Shown here: piece by piece, positions 1-53,850 of the stretch
Layout of the letters: each line of letters opens with the position of its first letter
How positions within the stretch are numbered: position 1 is the first letter of the stretch
Assembly (NCBI GenBank): GCA_034780895.1
Contig: JAUZTB010000107.1
Location: forward strand, 76,998,528 to 77,062,527
Length of the DNA: 64,000 nucleotides
Reading direction: 5' to 3'
Origin: Rhynchobatus australiae
Taxonomy: Eukaryota
Program-made: the position numbers and the translations under genes
The notes under the pieces: model-generated
Database searches by the model: none
The model's input: the letters and a program-made list of their open reading frames with translations, nothing else
What the model was told of the DNA's origin: nothing

Positions 1-688
1 TGTTCCTATTTATTCCAGCACCAAAGATGTGTACTTTGTGATATCCTGATTTATTGAAAAACTATGACTTCCCTTTGTGCTTCTAAACATCTATCTTGGC
101 GTGTCAGTTCTTAGTTGATTTTTAAAATTCAGCACCTTTTAAGTTAACTCTTTTGTTTTACTTTTTGCTTTTTATCTTCTGTCTGCTCTCATGGGGGAGA
201 TACAAAATGGGGACAGCCACTCTTGTGGCAATGATTGCTAAAATGGGAATGATTAATTTTGTACAAATTGCTGGCCTTTGATTAGGTTTTGCTCTTCTTT
301 TCGTGACAATCTAATATTTGACTAGGTCAGCATTGTTCATTAACAGTTTGTGGGTTAGTTAAGCCAATAAGAATACTACTCAAATTAGGTAGAGAAATAA
401 TTCATTGTTTACTATATACATTAAGTAATGAATGTAACACATTTGCAATCAAAGCATATTTGCATAACTACATGTACTGTATCTTAAATGTTATTCAGTT
501 AGATTTACATCAATATCAGCTTTAATGAAAAGTTCTTATTGAATTATTGTTATATTTTCTGTCTCTTATTTCTGAAATTTAAAATCTTGCCATTTAAGAT
601 TTGGTAATGAACTTCTGGACTTGATAAAACTCAGACATTTAACTTGCATTTGAAATGATTAAAGAATAAATTGGAATCCACAGCTTAC

Positions 689-29451
<28,763 letters not shown>

Positions 29452-29879
29452 TTTTCAAAGACGTTGATGTCTGTCAACAGTCTAACAAAAAAAAAGCAGC
29501 CAACATATTACCCTCATGAAATACATTTGTAACTTTGACTGAACATTTTTCTAAAATGTTGCCACAGATTTTACTTACATAAAACCACTTTTGGCATGAA
29601 TTTCAGTTTTGCCATGTGATATTATATTTGCGACTTGCAAGCAAGTTCCATAAAATATCTAGTTCAAAATGGATCGTGTCCAATAGATACTAATTCAGTG
29701 CTTTTACTGCGGAGAGGGCTGACGTTCACAGCAATGTGGGAATACGACTTCAGTTAGCAGTTGCTTATTCTACCTGTGTTATAAGAGGTTCACTCATCAG
29801 TGGGTATGGTCAGCAGGTAAAAAGATTGAGAGGTCTAGTAAGCTCTCTTTAACCTCTTGATTAAAGCCCTGAATGAATG

Positions 29880-30675
29880 GATATAACTGCTTTGTCAAGG
29901 GCAGGTCCTGATTGAACTTTTTGAGGATGTGACTAAGCACATCGATGAGGTGGATGTAGTGTATATGGATTTCAGTAAGGCGTTTGATAAGGTGTCCCAT
30001 GCTAGGCTTATGGAGGTGAGGAGACATGGGATCCAAGGGGACATTGCAGTGTGGACCCAGAACTGGCTGGCCCACAGAAGGCAGAGAGTGGTTGCTGAAG
30101 GGTCGTATTCTGAGTGGAGGTCGGTGACCAGTGNNNNNNNNNNNNNNNNNNNNNNNNNNNNNNNNNNNNNNNNNNNNNNNNNNNNNNNNNNNNNNNNNNN
30201 NNNNNNNNNNNNNNNNNNNNNNNNNNNNNNNNNGGATGCTGCCTGGAATGCGGAGCATGCCTTATGAAAGCAGGTTGAGGGAACTTGGTCTTTTTTCTTT
30301 GGAGAGACAGTAGATAAGAGGGGACCTAACAGAGGTATATAAGATGATGAGAGGTATTGATCAGGTAGATAGAGGCATTTCCACAGGGCTGAAATGGTGG
30401 TGACAAGATGATATAGGTTTAAGGTGCTGGGGAGTAGATATAGAGGAGATGTCCGGGGAAAGTTTTTTACTCAGAGAGTAGTGAGTGCTTGGAATAGGTT
30501 GCCGGAAATGGTGGTAGAGGCGGGTACGATAGGGTCTTTCAAGAGACTGTTAGATAGGTACATGGAGCTAAGTAAAATAGAGGGCTATGGGTAAGCATCG
30601 TAATTTATAGGGTAGGGACATGTTCGGCACAGCTTTGTGGGCTGAAGGGCCTGAATTGTGCTGTAGGTTTTCTAT
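29880..30675 (+). mobile_element. CR1-type LINE 3' fragment spanning a gap
   Basis: VDVVYMDFSKAFDKVSH RT motif, WLAHRRQRVV, RLRELGLFSLE and a CR1 3' tail. Confidence 0.9.
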
Positions 30676-31899
30676 ATTTCCAACTGGAACCTGTACATTG
30701 ATGTTCATGTTGCTGCCAGCAGTGAACCATCTGCACTTGCTGATTTAATCACATCAATTATGGACTTACCTTTTGCAAGGTGTATCTAAGAAACACTTAT
30801 TTCTACTTGCAAACATCTGTTCAGTTTGAGGTCTTGCTGGCTCAAAAATTATTGTATTATAAGTCAATATACTATCACCATGTCCTTGAGATTTTACAGT
30901 TTGTTCCTCAGGGCAAATATGACCTACGTCAGTCTGAATAAAATGGAAGGAAATGGGGTTCATAATGGGATAATCTTTGTTCCTGCCCCTCCTGTTTTTA
31001 AAATTCTGCTCACAGTTCCAGAACATTTGTTATCCTTAATATATGTGGCTAGGGATTATTGTTATCAAAATGAAAGTTTTGTTATTGTTACACTGCAAAT
31101 AAAATCATAACACTCATAACACACTGAAGTCATTTAAAATGAACCAGAATATATAAGAATATTGCCAGCAGGTACAAGTACTGTGCTCGTGGGTCCTTTT
31201 TTCCCCACATGAATGTTAGCTCCTCTCATATGTGCATACTGTCTTCCTCATTACTGCATGATAACAAAGGGACCTCCACTTTCTATAATCAAACTGGAAG
31301 CAGTGTTCAATTACAATTTACGCATAAACAGATCTACTTTACTGTCATCCCCCACATTAATATCCAGAAGCAGGAAACAGAGCAAATTTGCAGTTCACCA
31401 CACCCACTTCTGTTCAANNNNNNNNNNNNNNNNNNNNNNNNNNNNNNNNNNNNNNNNNNNNNNNNNNNNNNNNNNNNNNNNNNNNNNNNNNNNNNNNNNN
31501 NNNNNNNNNNNNNNNNNAAGCTCTGTAACTTGCCTGAGCGCAGGAAGAAACGTTCAAAAATACAGTTTAATGCATTAAATAACACAGTACATCCCGATGA
31601 ACACAAATTTGAAGAAAAAAAGGCACTCTTTTGAGGAAATTATATAATTTTAACTCTGGTGACTTCATGGAACTAACAAATACATCTATAAATGTAACTT
31701 TCAGAACCTATCAAACCATTACTTTCCTGCCTTAAACTAATGGTCTAGTTAGAAGTAACTTGTAAAGGCACGCCCCCATCTCATCGTGTAATCACCAAGT
31801 CTGTTTCTGAACTTCTTTAGTCCCATCTCCAGCTGACCTAGTTCAACCCATCAAGCAATCCAAATTGACCCCATTTCCAAATGCCAGGCCAAGGTAGAC

Positions 31900-32300
31900 G
31901 CATCACATGAAGCACCAGGTGGCGAATGAACCACGAAACTGCGAACGAAAACGCTAAATTCCAGGTCGACCCCACAATACCTGCAAAGGCGCAGAAAACA
32001 AAACGCTCTCATTTACCCTAAGCTTTATTAATATTACTTGAAAAAGAGGAATGAATCTGATGCTGAACACGCCCAAATTACACATTAGCAGATAACCTAT
32101 AAACGCTAAAAAAAATATTTAACGCGTCATACTCACCTAGTTAAAACACTGCAGTCAAGAAGTAGGAAACCGATCGGACGCGCGGTGAGTTTGGCTGCAA
32201 GTAATAACTTCGCTTTGTGCGTCTACAGTAACCGAGCAACAGATTGCAGTTTCAGCCATGAGTTCTGTCGATCACAGAGAGGGGAGGGAAAAGAATAGTT
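31900..32300 (-). promoter_or_regulatory. Probable WDR49 promoter and non-coding first exon, with RFX X-box
   Basis: Local CpG enrichment; minus-strand donor TAG|GTGAGT at 32137/32136; GTAACCGAGCAAC at 32228-32240 fits the X-box consensus GTNRCC(N0-3)RGYAAC. Confidence 0.65.
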
Positions 32301-32564
32301 TGTCCGAAATAGAGTTGTGTATACATAGCTGCCAGCTGCAATGTGCAGATTTATCGCCCACCTGTATAGAGCGTTCACCGCTGAAGTCGGAGGAGCATTT
32401 CAATGCTACTTAAGTAATCGTAAAGGCCGATTATAGCCGTTAGATAGTGCTGGTTAATAGACAATTTATCACATTCAAGGTCCACCACACAATGTGATAC
32501 ATAACTAAAGTGGCTGGGATGGTGGGGAAGTGAGAAATTAACCATGAAATATGACTTCTGTTGG

Positions 32565-32780
32565 AGACACAAGAGACCAGAGCTACTGGAATCTGGAGCA
32601 ACCATCAATCTACTGGAACAACTCAGCGGGTCGGTCAGCATCTGAGAGGAAAGGAATTGTCGACGTTTCGGATTGACATCTTTCATTGTGATTTGATGAC
32701 TAATGCAGGGTTTCGACGCGTCAACCATTCCTTTCCTCCCACCGACGCTGCTTGACCTAAATGACTTCTGCGGCACCTAT
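32565..32780. mobile_element. Palindromic Penelope pLTR-derived element
   Basis: AACTCAGCGGGTCGGTCAGCATCTG...GTCGACGTTTCGG followed by an inverted arm ending CGACGCTGCTTGACC; same family as 48860-48995. Confidence 0.65.
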
Positions 32781-33249
32781 ATCCAACATTCCAGTATGCA
32801 TGCTGAACAAGGGAACTAGTGACTGGTCTCCAATCTAGGATACTGTTGCAGTAATTGGTTTAGAAAAGGCTATAATCCTGTATTGGGGATCAGGAGAGAA
32901 AGTAGATGTAATTGTTACTCTTCAGAAGCTCCACATATCCAGGACACAGCATCCGTTGGGATTAGGATCAACACCCTCAGAGTGCACATTCGCAAGCAAG
33001 CCAAGCTCCTGCAGCATGCCTTCTAAACCTGCAATTTCATACTTAGAAGGGCAAACGCAGCAGTGCCACGAATATCCTCCAAATTCCCCTCAAAGACAAC
33101 AATTCCGACCTAGCTATTCCTTCATCGACACTGGCTCAAAAATCCTGGAGGTCCTTATTTAACCCCACGTCGGACCACCTACAAGAGAAATGGAGCATTT
33201 CATATAGTAGTAGGTCACCACCTTTTCAAAGGCAACTTAAGGAAATACA

Positions 33250-33800
33250 AATAACAAAAACATTGTAGATCCTGAAACAAAAAACACTTGGAAACTCTCA
33301 GCAGATCAGGCAGCGTCTGTGGAAAGAAAATTAGTTAACTTTTTAGGTCAAAAACCCTCTATCAGAACTGAGAAAAATTGGAGAGAAGCTTCAGGAAGTG
33401 GTGGGGAAGGGAATATTTGCAATAGGGTTACATGGAAGCAGTTATGTTTTGATTAATGCTTCTTTGTCTATTGCTAATGGCAAGTCAAGATACACTAATG
33501 AAGAGAGAAAAACTCAAGGCAATAATCACAGAATGATGACTTGGAGCAGACAAAAAAAAGAGTTCCCCAAGTTCAGATAGCATGGAGTCCAGAAATTTGC
33601 AACTGGCCAAGAAGATGAGGTGTTGTTCCTCTAGCTCATGTTGAGCCTTGAAAAGGTCGGAGTGGGAGTGGGATGGAGAATTAAAAGTGGCAAGTAACTG
33701 GAAGCTCAGTCACTCCTGTGGATTGAACGCAAGTGCTCTACAATCACTGAATGTAAAGGAGATATCATTATGAACATTGAATGCCGTGAACTAGATTGTC
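33250..33800 (-). mobile_element. Penelope-like remnant with pLTR
   Basis: pLTR with decayed hammerhead at 33333-33370; the body resembles 15200-15400 (ATGAGGTGTTGTTCCTCTAGC...GTGGGATGGAGAATT). Confidence 0.6.
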
Positions 33801-34787
33801 AACTATTCCTCCCCCCGCCCTCCAAATAATTTAGGATTCTAGGGGCTCTCATGAAAGATTTTTAACAAAAAATTATCAGCTTTTACAGTCAAAATGGAGA
33901 AGTTGGTAAACCAAGGTTTATATGCATCCACTTGTCAAACCTGGATGAGTAACTTCAAACATCAGCAAATAATTTCTTTTAAGCAGATGAGCTCACATTT
34001 ATCCACCTGGGGCACTCCTGACTTTCTCCTTTTGCTTTCAAATTGTGGCTCATCCCAGTGTCACTGCACTGAAATGATTTGCAAATAAAAATGACATGAC
34101 AAACTGATACGAAGCAAACATTTGTTCAATTTGTGTAAACTGTTGGGCATAACAAAGTCCCTTGCATGCTTCTCAGACATTCACCAGCAAGAGTGTGAAT
34201 TATATAAATCAAACTGCAGATAAAAAGGTACTTTTAGCAAGAATGGGGATAAAGGCCACATGACTAATGGATTGTAGAACAGTCAATATTACAAGTAACA
34301 AATTATAAGAAACTAAAATGTTTAAAACAGCACATTTATAAAATGACATGCCTAAATCATTACAGAAATGTCATAGCAACAGCATCTTATTACAGACTAA
34401 GCTGTACGTTTGTCCTTTAAAATGAGTAAAATACACAATGAAGGAGAAATTGCATCAGGTTTAAATAGCCAAGTAACTACTTGTATGCAAACCAAGACAC
34501 TCCACACAACATGAAAAATCTTATCACATTTAACTGATCATAGTTTACAACTTCAGATTTATTTGCCACTAATCATGTTAAATACATAACTTCTCTTTTG
34601 CCAGCAAGTTAACTTCAGAAACAGAACACCAATATTTACACAAAGGAATGTTACATTACGATATGTTAAGGCGCAAATTCTTTTGGCTTCATTTGAATAC
34701 GATAGCAAAAGTTATGCAATATTTCTTAATGAGGAATCATGATTAGCTACAATGTTTTACAAAAATATGGTGCAAGTTGACAATTAT

Positions 34788-34793
34788 TTTATT
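34788..34793 (-). terminator. Candidate PDCD10 polyadenylation signal (AATAAA)
   Basis: TTTATT on the plus strand about 120 nt past the stop codon. The context is AT-rich, so it may be chance. Confidence 0.3.
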
Positions 34794-34910
34794 CAACATC
34801 TTCAAGTCCTGAAATGGATGTTTTAATTTATACAGTTGTGACTATTTAAATTTACATATTAAGGTTGAACATTAAAAAGCTTCNNNNNNNNNNNNNNNNN
34901 NNNNNNNNNC

Positions 34911-47929
<13,019 letters not shown>

Positions 47930-48859
47930 TTAATCACACCTTATTTCTGAAAAAGTGCTACAGGGTCAGCATTCACTGCCAAGCCAGTACTCCTCTTCCC
48001 CTCTGTGCAAGAAAATGAGTCACTTCCCTACAAAGGAAAGCAAACATGAAATGTTAAAATATTCTCACATTTATATTTCACCAACTTATGTTCAACGTTT
48101 AGTGTGGGCAACAGACCTTCAGAAATGGAACATCTATAACCTTCAAATTTTCCGATTTATTTTTCTCCCAGTGGAATTATCAATCAGAATCAGTGTAGAG
48201 AATAAAGAAAATGGGGTTAGTTGAGGTGTCAGAAGATGAACCTACAACTCAACCAAAGCAGAACAATACTCTGCAGGTTTTAATCAAGCCCAAGGCTTGT
48301 GTGAAAAGCTGTATATAGAGATATGTTTAACACAATAGGCAGCTGAGTTAAATATGAAATCAGTAACAATTCCAATAAGGAAATAAATTACTCTGGTACT
48401 TCCAAAACACATTCCACATATTGCTCAACAAACAACTACACATGAAATTTGGAACTGTTTGATACAAAAATTGAAAACAATAGTTATCACTCAAATATAG
48501 TACCCAACCTTTAAAAGCACCACACCTTAGTTTATATAGAAACTGACTGAACTGTTCAGTGATGACAGGTGATTTTCATGGTTCATTTTTGCAATCATTG
48601 TGACAGTTTACAAATTTAAATTATAATAAGAATCATAATAGGTGATGTGCAAAGCAAAAACTATTTAAAAAATGATTCTAGAGAAGCGAGTTTCAAACTT
48701 CCTACAAAAAAAATCAAAAAACCTATGCCACTTAAACTCAAAACTGGCTTGCCCACAGGCTATCAAAATGATGCTTAGTTTGTTACTGAGAAATGAGTCC
48801 CTTTGTCTTTGAATATACTCTTTACAATAAAGATATATTAAACCTCTAAGTGCCTCTCC

Positions 48860-48995
48860 ACTCTCAATCCTGATGTAGGGCTTCAACCCTAAACGTCGAC
48901 AATTTCTTTCCTCCCACAGATGCTGCTCAACCAGCTGAGTTCCTCCAGCTGATTTTTTTGTTGCTCCAGATTCCAGCATCTGCATTGTCATGTCT
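48860..48995 (+). mobile_element. Solo Penelope pLTR-derived element
   Basis: CAATC-CTGATGT-AGGGCTTCAACCCT-AAA-CG-TC-GAC, then CAGATGCTGCTCAACCAGCTGAGTTCCTCCAGC...CTCCAGATTCCAGCATCTGCA. Confidence 0.7.
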
Positions 48996-49494
48996 CTATA
49001 TTAAATCTCATCAGTACAAAACTATGGTAAGATATCTGCTGAGCTTTTAATTCAAAAATATCAAGATCTGTATATTGACCACCCAGAACAGAGACTTTGA
49101 AACCTTTCTCTGCATTTTATCTGCCAAATTTAAAGCCCTCTGTGTGATTTGACATTACAGAACTTGTGCCAAAAATCACAAGTGTACTGTAATGATTAAT
49201 TTTAGTTTATTAATACTGATATACAGCTGGATAAAGGCCATTGTACAATCCTCAATTAGGTCAAAATTGTTGCTACAAAACTGGTGATAAATCAGTAACA
49301 GACCACAATTTCTCGTTTCAAAATCTATTTTGATCATATTGAGTTTGAAGTTATACATTTCCCAAAAACCCAGCAAATACAAGATGGGCCAAATAATTTC
49401 CTGGGCTGCAGTATTCAAAGATGAGAGAACAGTCACTTGTGTGTTTGGATGCCGAGCGCCAGACCATTAACAATGCTTTCACTGAAGGTTACAA

Positions 49495-49870
49495 GGATGG
49501 GTCTTACACAAGATCTGCAAGACAGGGCTTCCTCTGCTGTCCTCTGACAATAAAAGGTTCATGGTGAGACCCCAGAAAAATATAGATCACTTCCAATTTC
49601 TCATGAGCCACGTCTTGGCAAAGACAGACATTGATGCTGAAATTCACATAACCTTCATTGCACCAGTACAGTATTTGGTTGATTGGGAAAAGAATATTTG
49701 AAGATGAAGTTCTCAAACCTAGCACAGATCTCATTGTCGACTAGACAGTGATCCCTGCCTTCCTATACGCTACTGGTACCTGCAATACCTACAGTAGGCA
49801 CCTTAAGGTACAAGAAAGATAGCACCAACATTGCTTCTGTAAGATTCTTATCCACTGCAAAAATGAGTGA
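49495..49870 (+). mobile_element. RTE-clade LINE RT C-terminal remnant
   Basis: Frameshifted translation IDHFQFL.SH..AKTDIDAEIH...RIFED...VIPAFLYA..T..TYSRHLK...CKIL.IH resembles RTE/BovB-type RT C-termini. Confidence 0.6.
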
Positions 49871-50589
49871 ACCATATTATTGCAACCATCAATAGGTAGG
49901 ACAGAGTACAATGGAAGTGCAACAAACGGCACACCCTTGCTAATAACTGCAATCTTCTGACTTGCCTTCTGCTGAATCACCTCAGCATTCTCCTTTACTT
50001 AAGTTTTCAACATTTTAACTCACTATCAAATGTGTGCCTAGATCCAACTCCCCAAAATAACCTCCACTTTTAACTCACTCCATCTGCCACTGAAGTCATC
50101 TTTGCCTTTGCCACCTTCTGGCCATTTCAAAACAAGCCCAACCAGATTTCCATTCTCCTACATACACTCCTTTGAGCTTGTTGAACTGTTACTGCCCATA
50201 TCCTTTTCAGAATCACATCCTGCTCACTCAACAATCCCATCTAACCAAACTGGCTTCTAATCCCCCAATATTTCAAATTTAAAATGTTTGAAATTTCCTC
50301 AAGGACATCCCTCCTTCATCACCATACNNNNNNNNNNNNNNNNNNNNNNNNNNNNNNNNNNNNNNNNNNNNNNNNNNNNNNNNNNNNNNNNNNNNNNNNN
50401 NNNNNNNNNNNNNNNNNNNNNNNNNNNNNNNNNNNNNNNNNNNNNNNNNNNNNNNNNNNNNNNNNNNNNNNNNNNNNNNNNNNNNNNNNNNNNNNNNNNN
50501 NNNNNNNNNNNNNNNNNNNNNNNNNNNNNNNNNNNNNNNNNNNNNNNNNNNNNNNNNNNNNNNNNNNNNNNNNNNNNNNNNNNNNNGTA

Positions 50590-51300
50590 CAACTTTTCCC
50601 AATTTCCATTTCAGGGAATAGATACATGACCAGTAGCCATTAAAAGTCCATGAACTCCTATTACTACTTGATAGCACGTCATCCCTTCTTGGAAGGACTC
50701 AATTTCATTCTCCCATTTTCCACATCTGCTGAGCTTCCACACCACTACTTCCAATACATCTTTCTCTGCCCTTGACTATGCTTTCCCCTCTACCAAGAAA
50801 CAAATGTTTGAGCAACCCACCAACTATTTCTCAGATATTCAGTCTCACCGACACTCCTATCACAAAAAAGGATAGAGTTGCCTTCCCTCCTTCTCTCCCA
50901 CCAGCCTCCATATTCAATAGGTCATTCTCAATTTCTCCCAACATTATGCTATTGAGCCACCTCCCTGGTGCCATTGCAATCCATTCTTCCATCTCCACCA
51001 ATACTCAAATCTTTTCTCTAGGCAACTTCCTGTACAATTGCAGGCTGCAACATTTGCTCAAACTAAAGTCCAGGGACCCAAACACTCCTTCCAGGTGATG
51101 CAGCAATTTAATTACACTTCTAACAATTGAAAATACAGAATTCAACCTCTCAATACCATCGCCTCTACATACCAGTTCTGATGAAACAACATCAACCTGA
51201 AACCTTAATCCTCTTTCCCTCAATATATGCTGCTTGATCTGAATAACCCAAGCATTTTTATTCTTCAGTTTTCCAGCATCTACAATATTTTGCTTTTGGA
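50590..51300 (+). mobile_element. Penelope-like remnant ending in hammerhead-bearing pLTR
   Basis: A KDRVAF.. segment and a region resembling the reverse complement of 15440-15600; CAGTT-CTGATGA...CCT-GAAA at 51173-51202. Confidence 0.6.
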
Positions 51301-51389
51301 TTTCTTAAACCATCTTTGACTGAATAATTACCAACTCCAATATTGTCTTTTTGCATAAAGATGGATATTTATTATCTTTCTTACATTCT

Positions 51390-52460
51390 TGTGAAGTCAA
51401 CCTGGTTTTGTGAATGGGAAAACATGCTTGACCAATTTATTGGAGTTGTTTGACATAGCACGTGTGTTAGATGAAGGCGAAACAGTGGGTGCAGACTTAA
51501 ATTTCCAAAGGGCATTTAATAAGGTGCCACCTAAAAAGTTACTTAAGAAAATAAAAAGCTCACGCAATGGGTGGCAACATCTTGGCATGGACTGAAAAAT
51601 CACTGGCTAACAGGAAAGAGGGTGGGTATAAATTGTCCATCTTTTAGTTGGCAAGATGTTATGGGGATGTGTTACAGGGATAGGACTCAACTTTAAAAAA
51701 ATACATAAATAAATTACTTGAAGGCAAGGTTGCAAAATTTGTTAGTGACTCAAGAAAAGTTATTTGTGAAGAGGACAAGACTAGCAGATGATTAGGCAAA
51801 GATCAGTCAACTGGATTATAATAATGGGGTAAGTATGAAATTATGCTCTCCAACCCCCCGCCAACCAAAGGACATTACCTGAATGGTGGAAGATTGTGCA
51901 TTGCATAGCTCTGCAAACTAGCCTCCTGTAAATTGGAAGTACAGCAAGTAATTAGGAAAGCTAAAAGAAAACAATTTCTCAGGAAGTGGAAGAGAAAAGT
52001 AGAAGGGCACGCTTCACATATATAGACCCTTGGTGAGATCACATCCAGAATATAGTGCAGTGTATCAGCCTCAAGAAAAAAATGGTCTGTTGGAAACATT
52101 TACTAGACCAATACCTGGAAAGTGCAAGTTGTCTAAAGAAAAGGTGTACAAACTAAGCTTGTATCCATTAGCATTTACAATGAGGGGTGACCAGATTGCA
52201 CAAGATTGAGGGATCTAAATAAGGTGGACGTGGAAAGGATGTTGCTTCTTGTGGGAGAAACTAGAAGTAGAGGTAACTGTTTAAAAATAAGGGGGAGGGG
52301 GTCAACCAATTAAAGACAATGTGAATTTTTCCCTCTCAGAATGCTGCACAAGTCTTTGGGNNNNNNNNNNNNNNNNNNNNNNNNNNNNNNNNNNNNNNNN
52401 NNNNNNNNNNNNNNNNNNNNNNNNNNNNNNNNNNNNNNNNNNNNNNNNNNNNNNNNNNNN

Positions 52461-52532
<72 letters not shown>

Positions 52533-52620
52533 ATTGGAAGCAGAGTCTTTGTATGTTTTCAAGATGGAGATGGATTTCTGATAGAGGGGATGAAAACATT
52601 CCACGGTAGGCAAAAATGAA
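51390..52620 (+). mobile_element. Degraded CR1 LINE
   Basis: GKTCLTNLLELF...DEGE.V...LNFQRAFNKVP RT motif. Confidence 0.85.
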
Positions 52621-52899
52621 TTATGCCTAATTGTTAACTATATAAAAATAATTAACTGGGATGTAAATTAATTTACAAGTTCTTCCAACATCACCACTCA
52701 GCAACTAGTCAAATGGTACCCTAACCTTTTATATTTCGTCATAATATTCCAGACCTTTGAGAAACATTTTTCCCGACTTGTGAAACCAGTCTGCTATTCT
52801 AAAACGGACATCATGAGCACCCGTTCTCCAGAGCAAGTTGACCTGCGAATATATTTAAACTTACGGACGTAAGGCGTTGTTTCATTTTGTTTGCAAGTT

Positions 52900-53850
52900 T
52901 TCACAAATTATCGCACGACCTTTTAAAATTAAGTGCTCCACCAGGTGCGATAGTGTGCTGTTTGCAAACTCACAACTCCAGGAGCCGGCAGCTTAGTGAC
53001 TCTCAAGTAAGAAAAAGTATAATTTGTGGCCAATACCGCCTGGGCATCGAAAGCTGCTGCACTCGGACGCCGAGTAACGCCAGGATTACCCGAACTCATC
53101 CCAAACAGCTCCGACTGACAAACGCTTCCGCAAACCGATCGAGTTTAAAACTCCTTGCAGTCACCGGGCCCTGAACCACACTACCAATTGCAGCTAATCC
53201 TTCCAGCCGGCTGCGCCGCTCGGACTCGCAGCCTCCCGCAGCCGAGGGGCCTGAGCAGCCCGAGGTGTCGGCACCCCACGGCCCACACCGGCCTGGGCGG
53301 ACACCTCCCGACCGTCAGCCGCCTCCGCACTCGGCGGGCCCGTTCAAGGGGGGCGAAACCAACAGTGACAAGGACTCACGTTCACACACATTCAGCCTCG
53401 AAGGCCAATGAGAGCAGAACAGCCGCCGCTCCGGCCACCTCGGTCCTCCCAACACCCGCACCTCCAAAACCGAAAGAAGGAAACTTACCGAGCGTCGACC
53501 CCACCGGAAGAACAACCTCGCCCGCCCAATCAACGCCGCGCATTCCACTGACGCCGCGGCTGTCGCGCAAAGGCCTGTGGGACCTGTAGTTCCAAAAAAG
53601 CGACGACGCCTGCAAGCCCGGAATCCGGGACGGCAACGCCCACCGTGCGTCATTCGCGTTCCGTGAGATTGACGTCCCAGTCGTCGAATGGAAAGCTGCA
53701 CTGGTCCTGGGGTTCCAATGCTGTGCGTGTGGGAGCTGAGTGATGCAGTGGCTGCAGATCTGGGCGACTTTCTATTGGCTCCAGTCTCCGAGGGCTTCTG
53801 TGGATCGTGAAGGCTGCAGGCATCTTCATCTATTGCTTCATTTCATCTCG
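52900..53850. promoter_or_regulatory. CpG island / bidirectional PDCD10-SERPINI1 promoter
   Basis: Strong GC and CpG enrichment against an AT-rich background. Minus-strand donor CG|GTAAGT at 53489/53488 is the likely end of PDCD10 non-coding exon 1. Also a GC box plus CCAAT at 53521-53530, ETS-like CCGGAA sites, TGACG CRE-like half sites and a ZNF143-type motif at 53566-53593. The head-to-head arrangement is known in mammals. Confidence 0.85.

Noticed and set aside
639-688. WDR49 ending by read-through to the stop at 639
   Set aside because: A good donor (AA|GTAAGC) lies at 689/688 and the recalled C-terminal L.AVFDE..LFP motif is absent, so a further exon outside the window is more likely, though not proven.
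52461-52532. 72-nt poly-C run giving poly-Gly and poly-Pro ORFs
   Set aside because: It abuts an N gap inside a CR1 and is probably a sequencing or assembly artefact.
53155-53701. ORFs of 84-144 aa on both strands
   Set aside because: Expected by chance in a stop-poor CpG island; no recognisable domain; they overlap promoter and UTR sequence.
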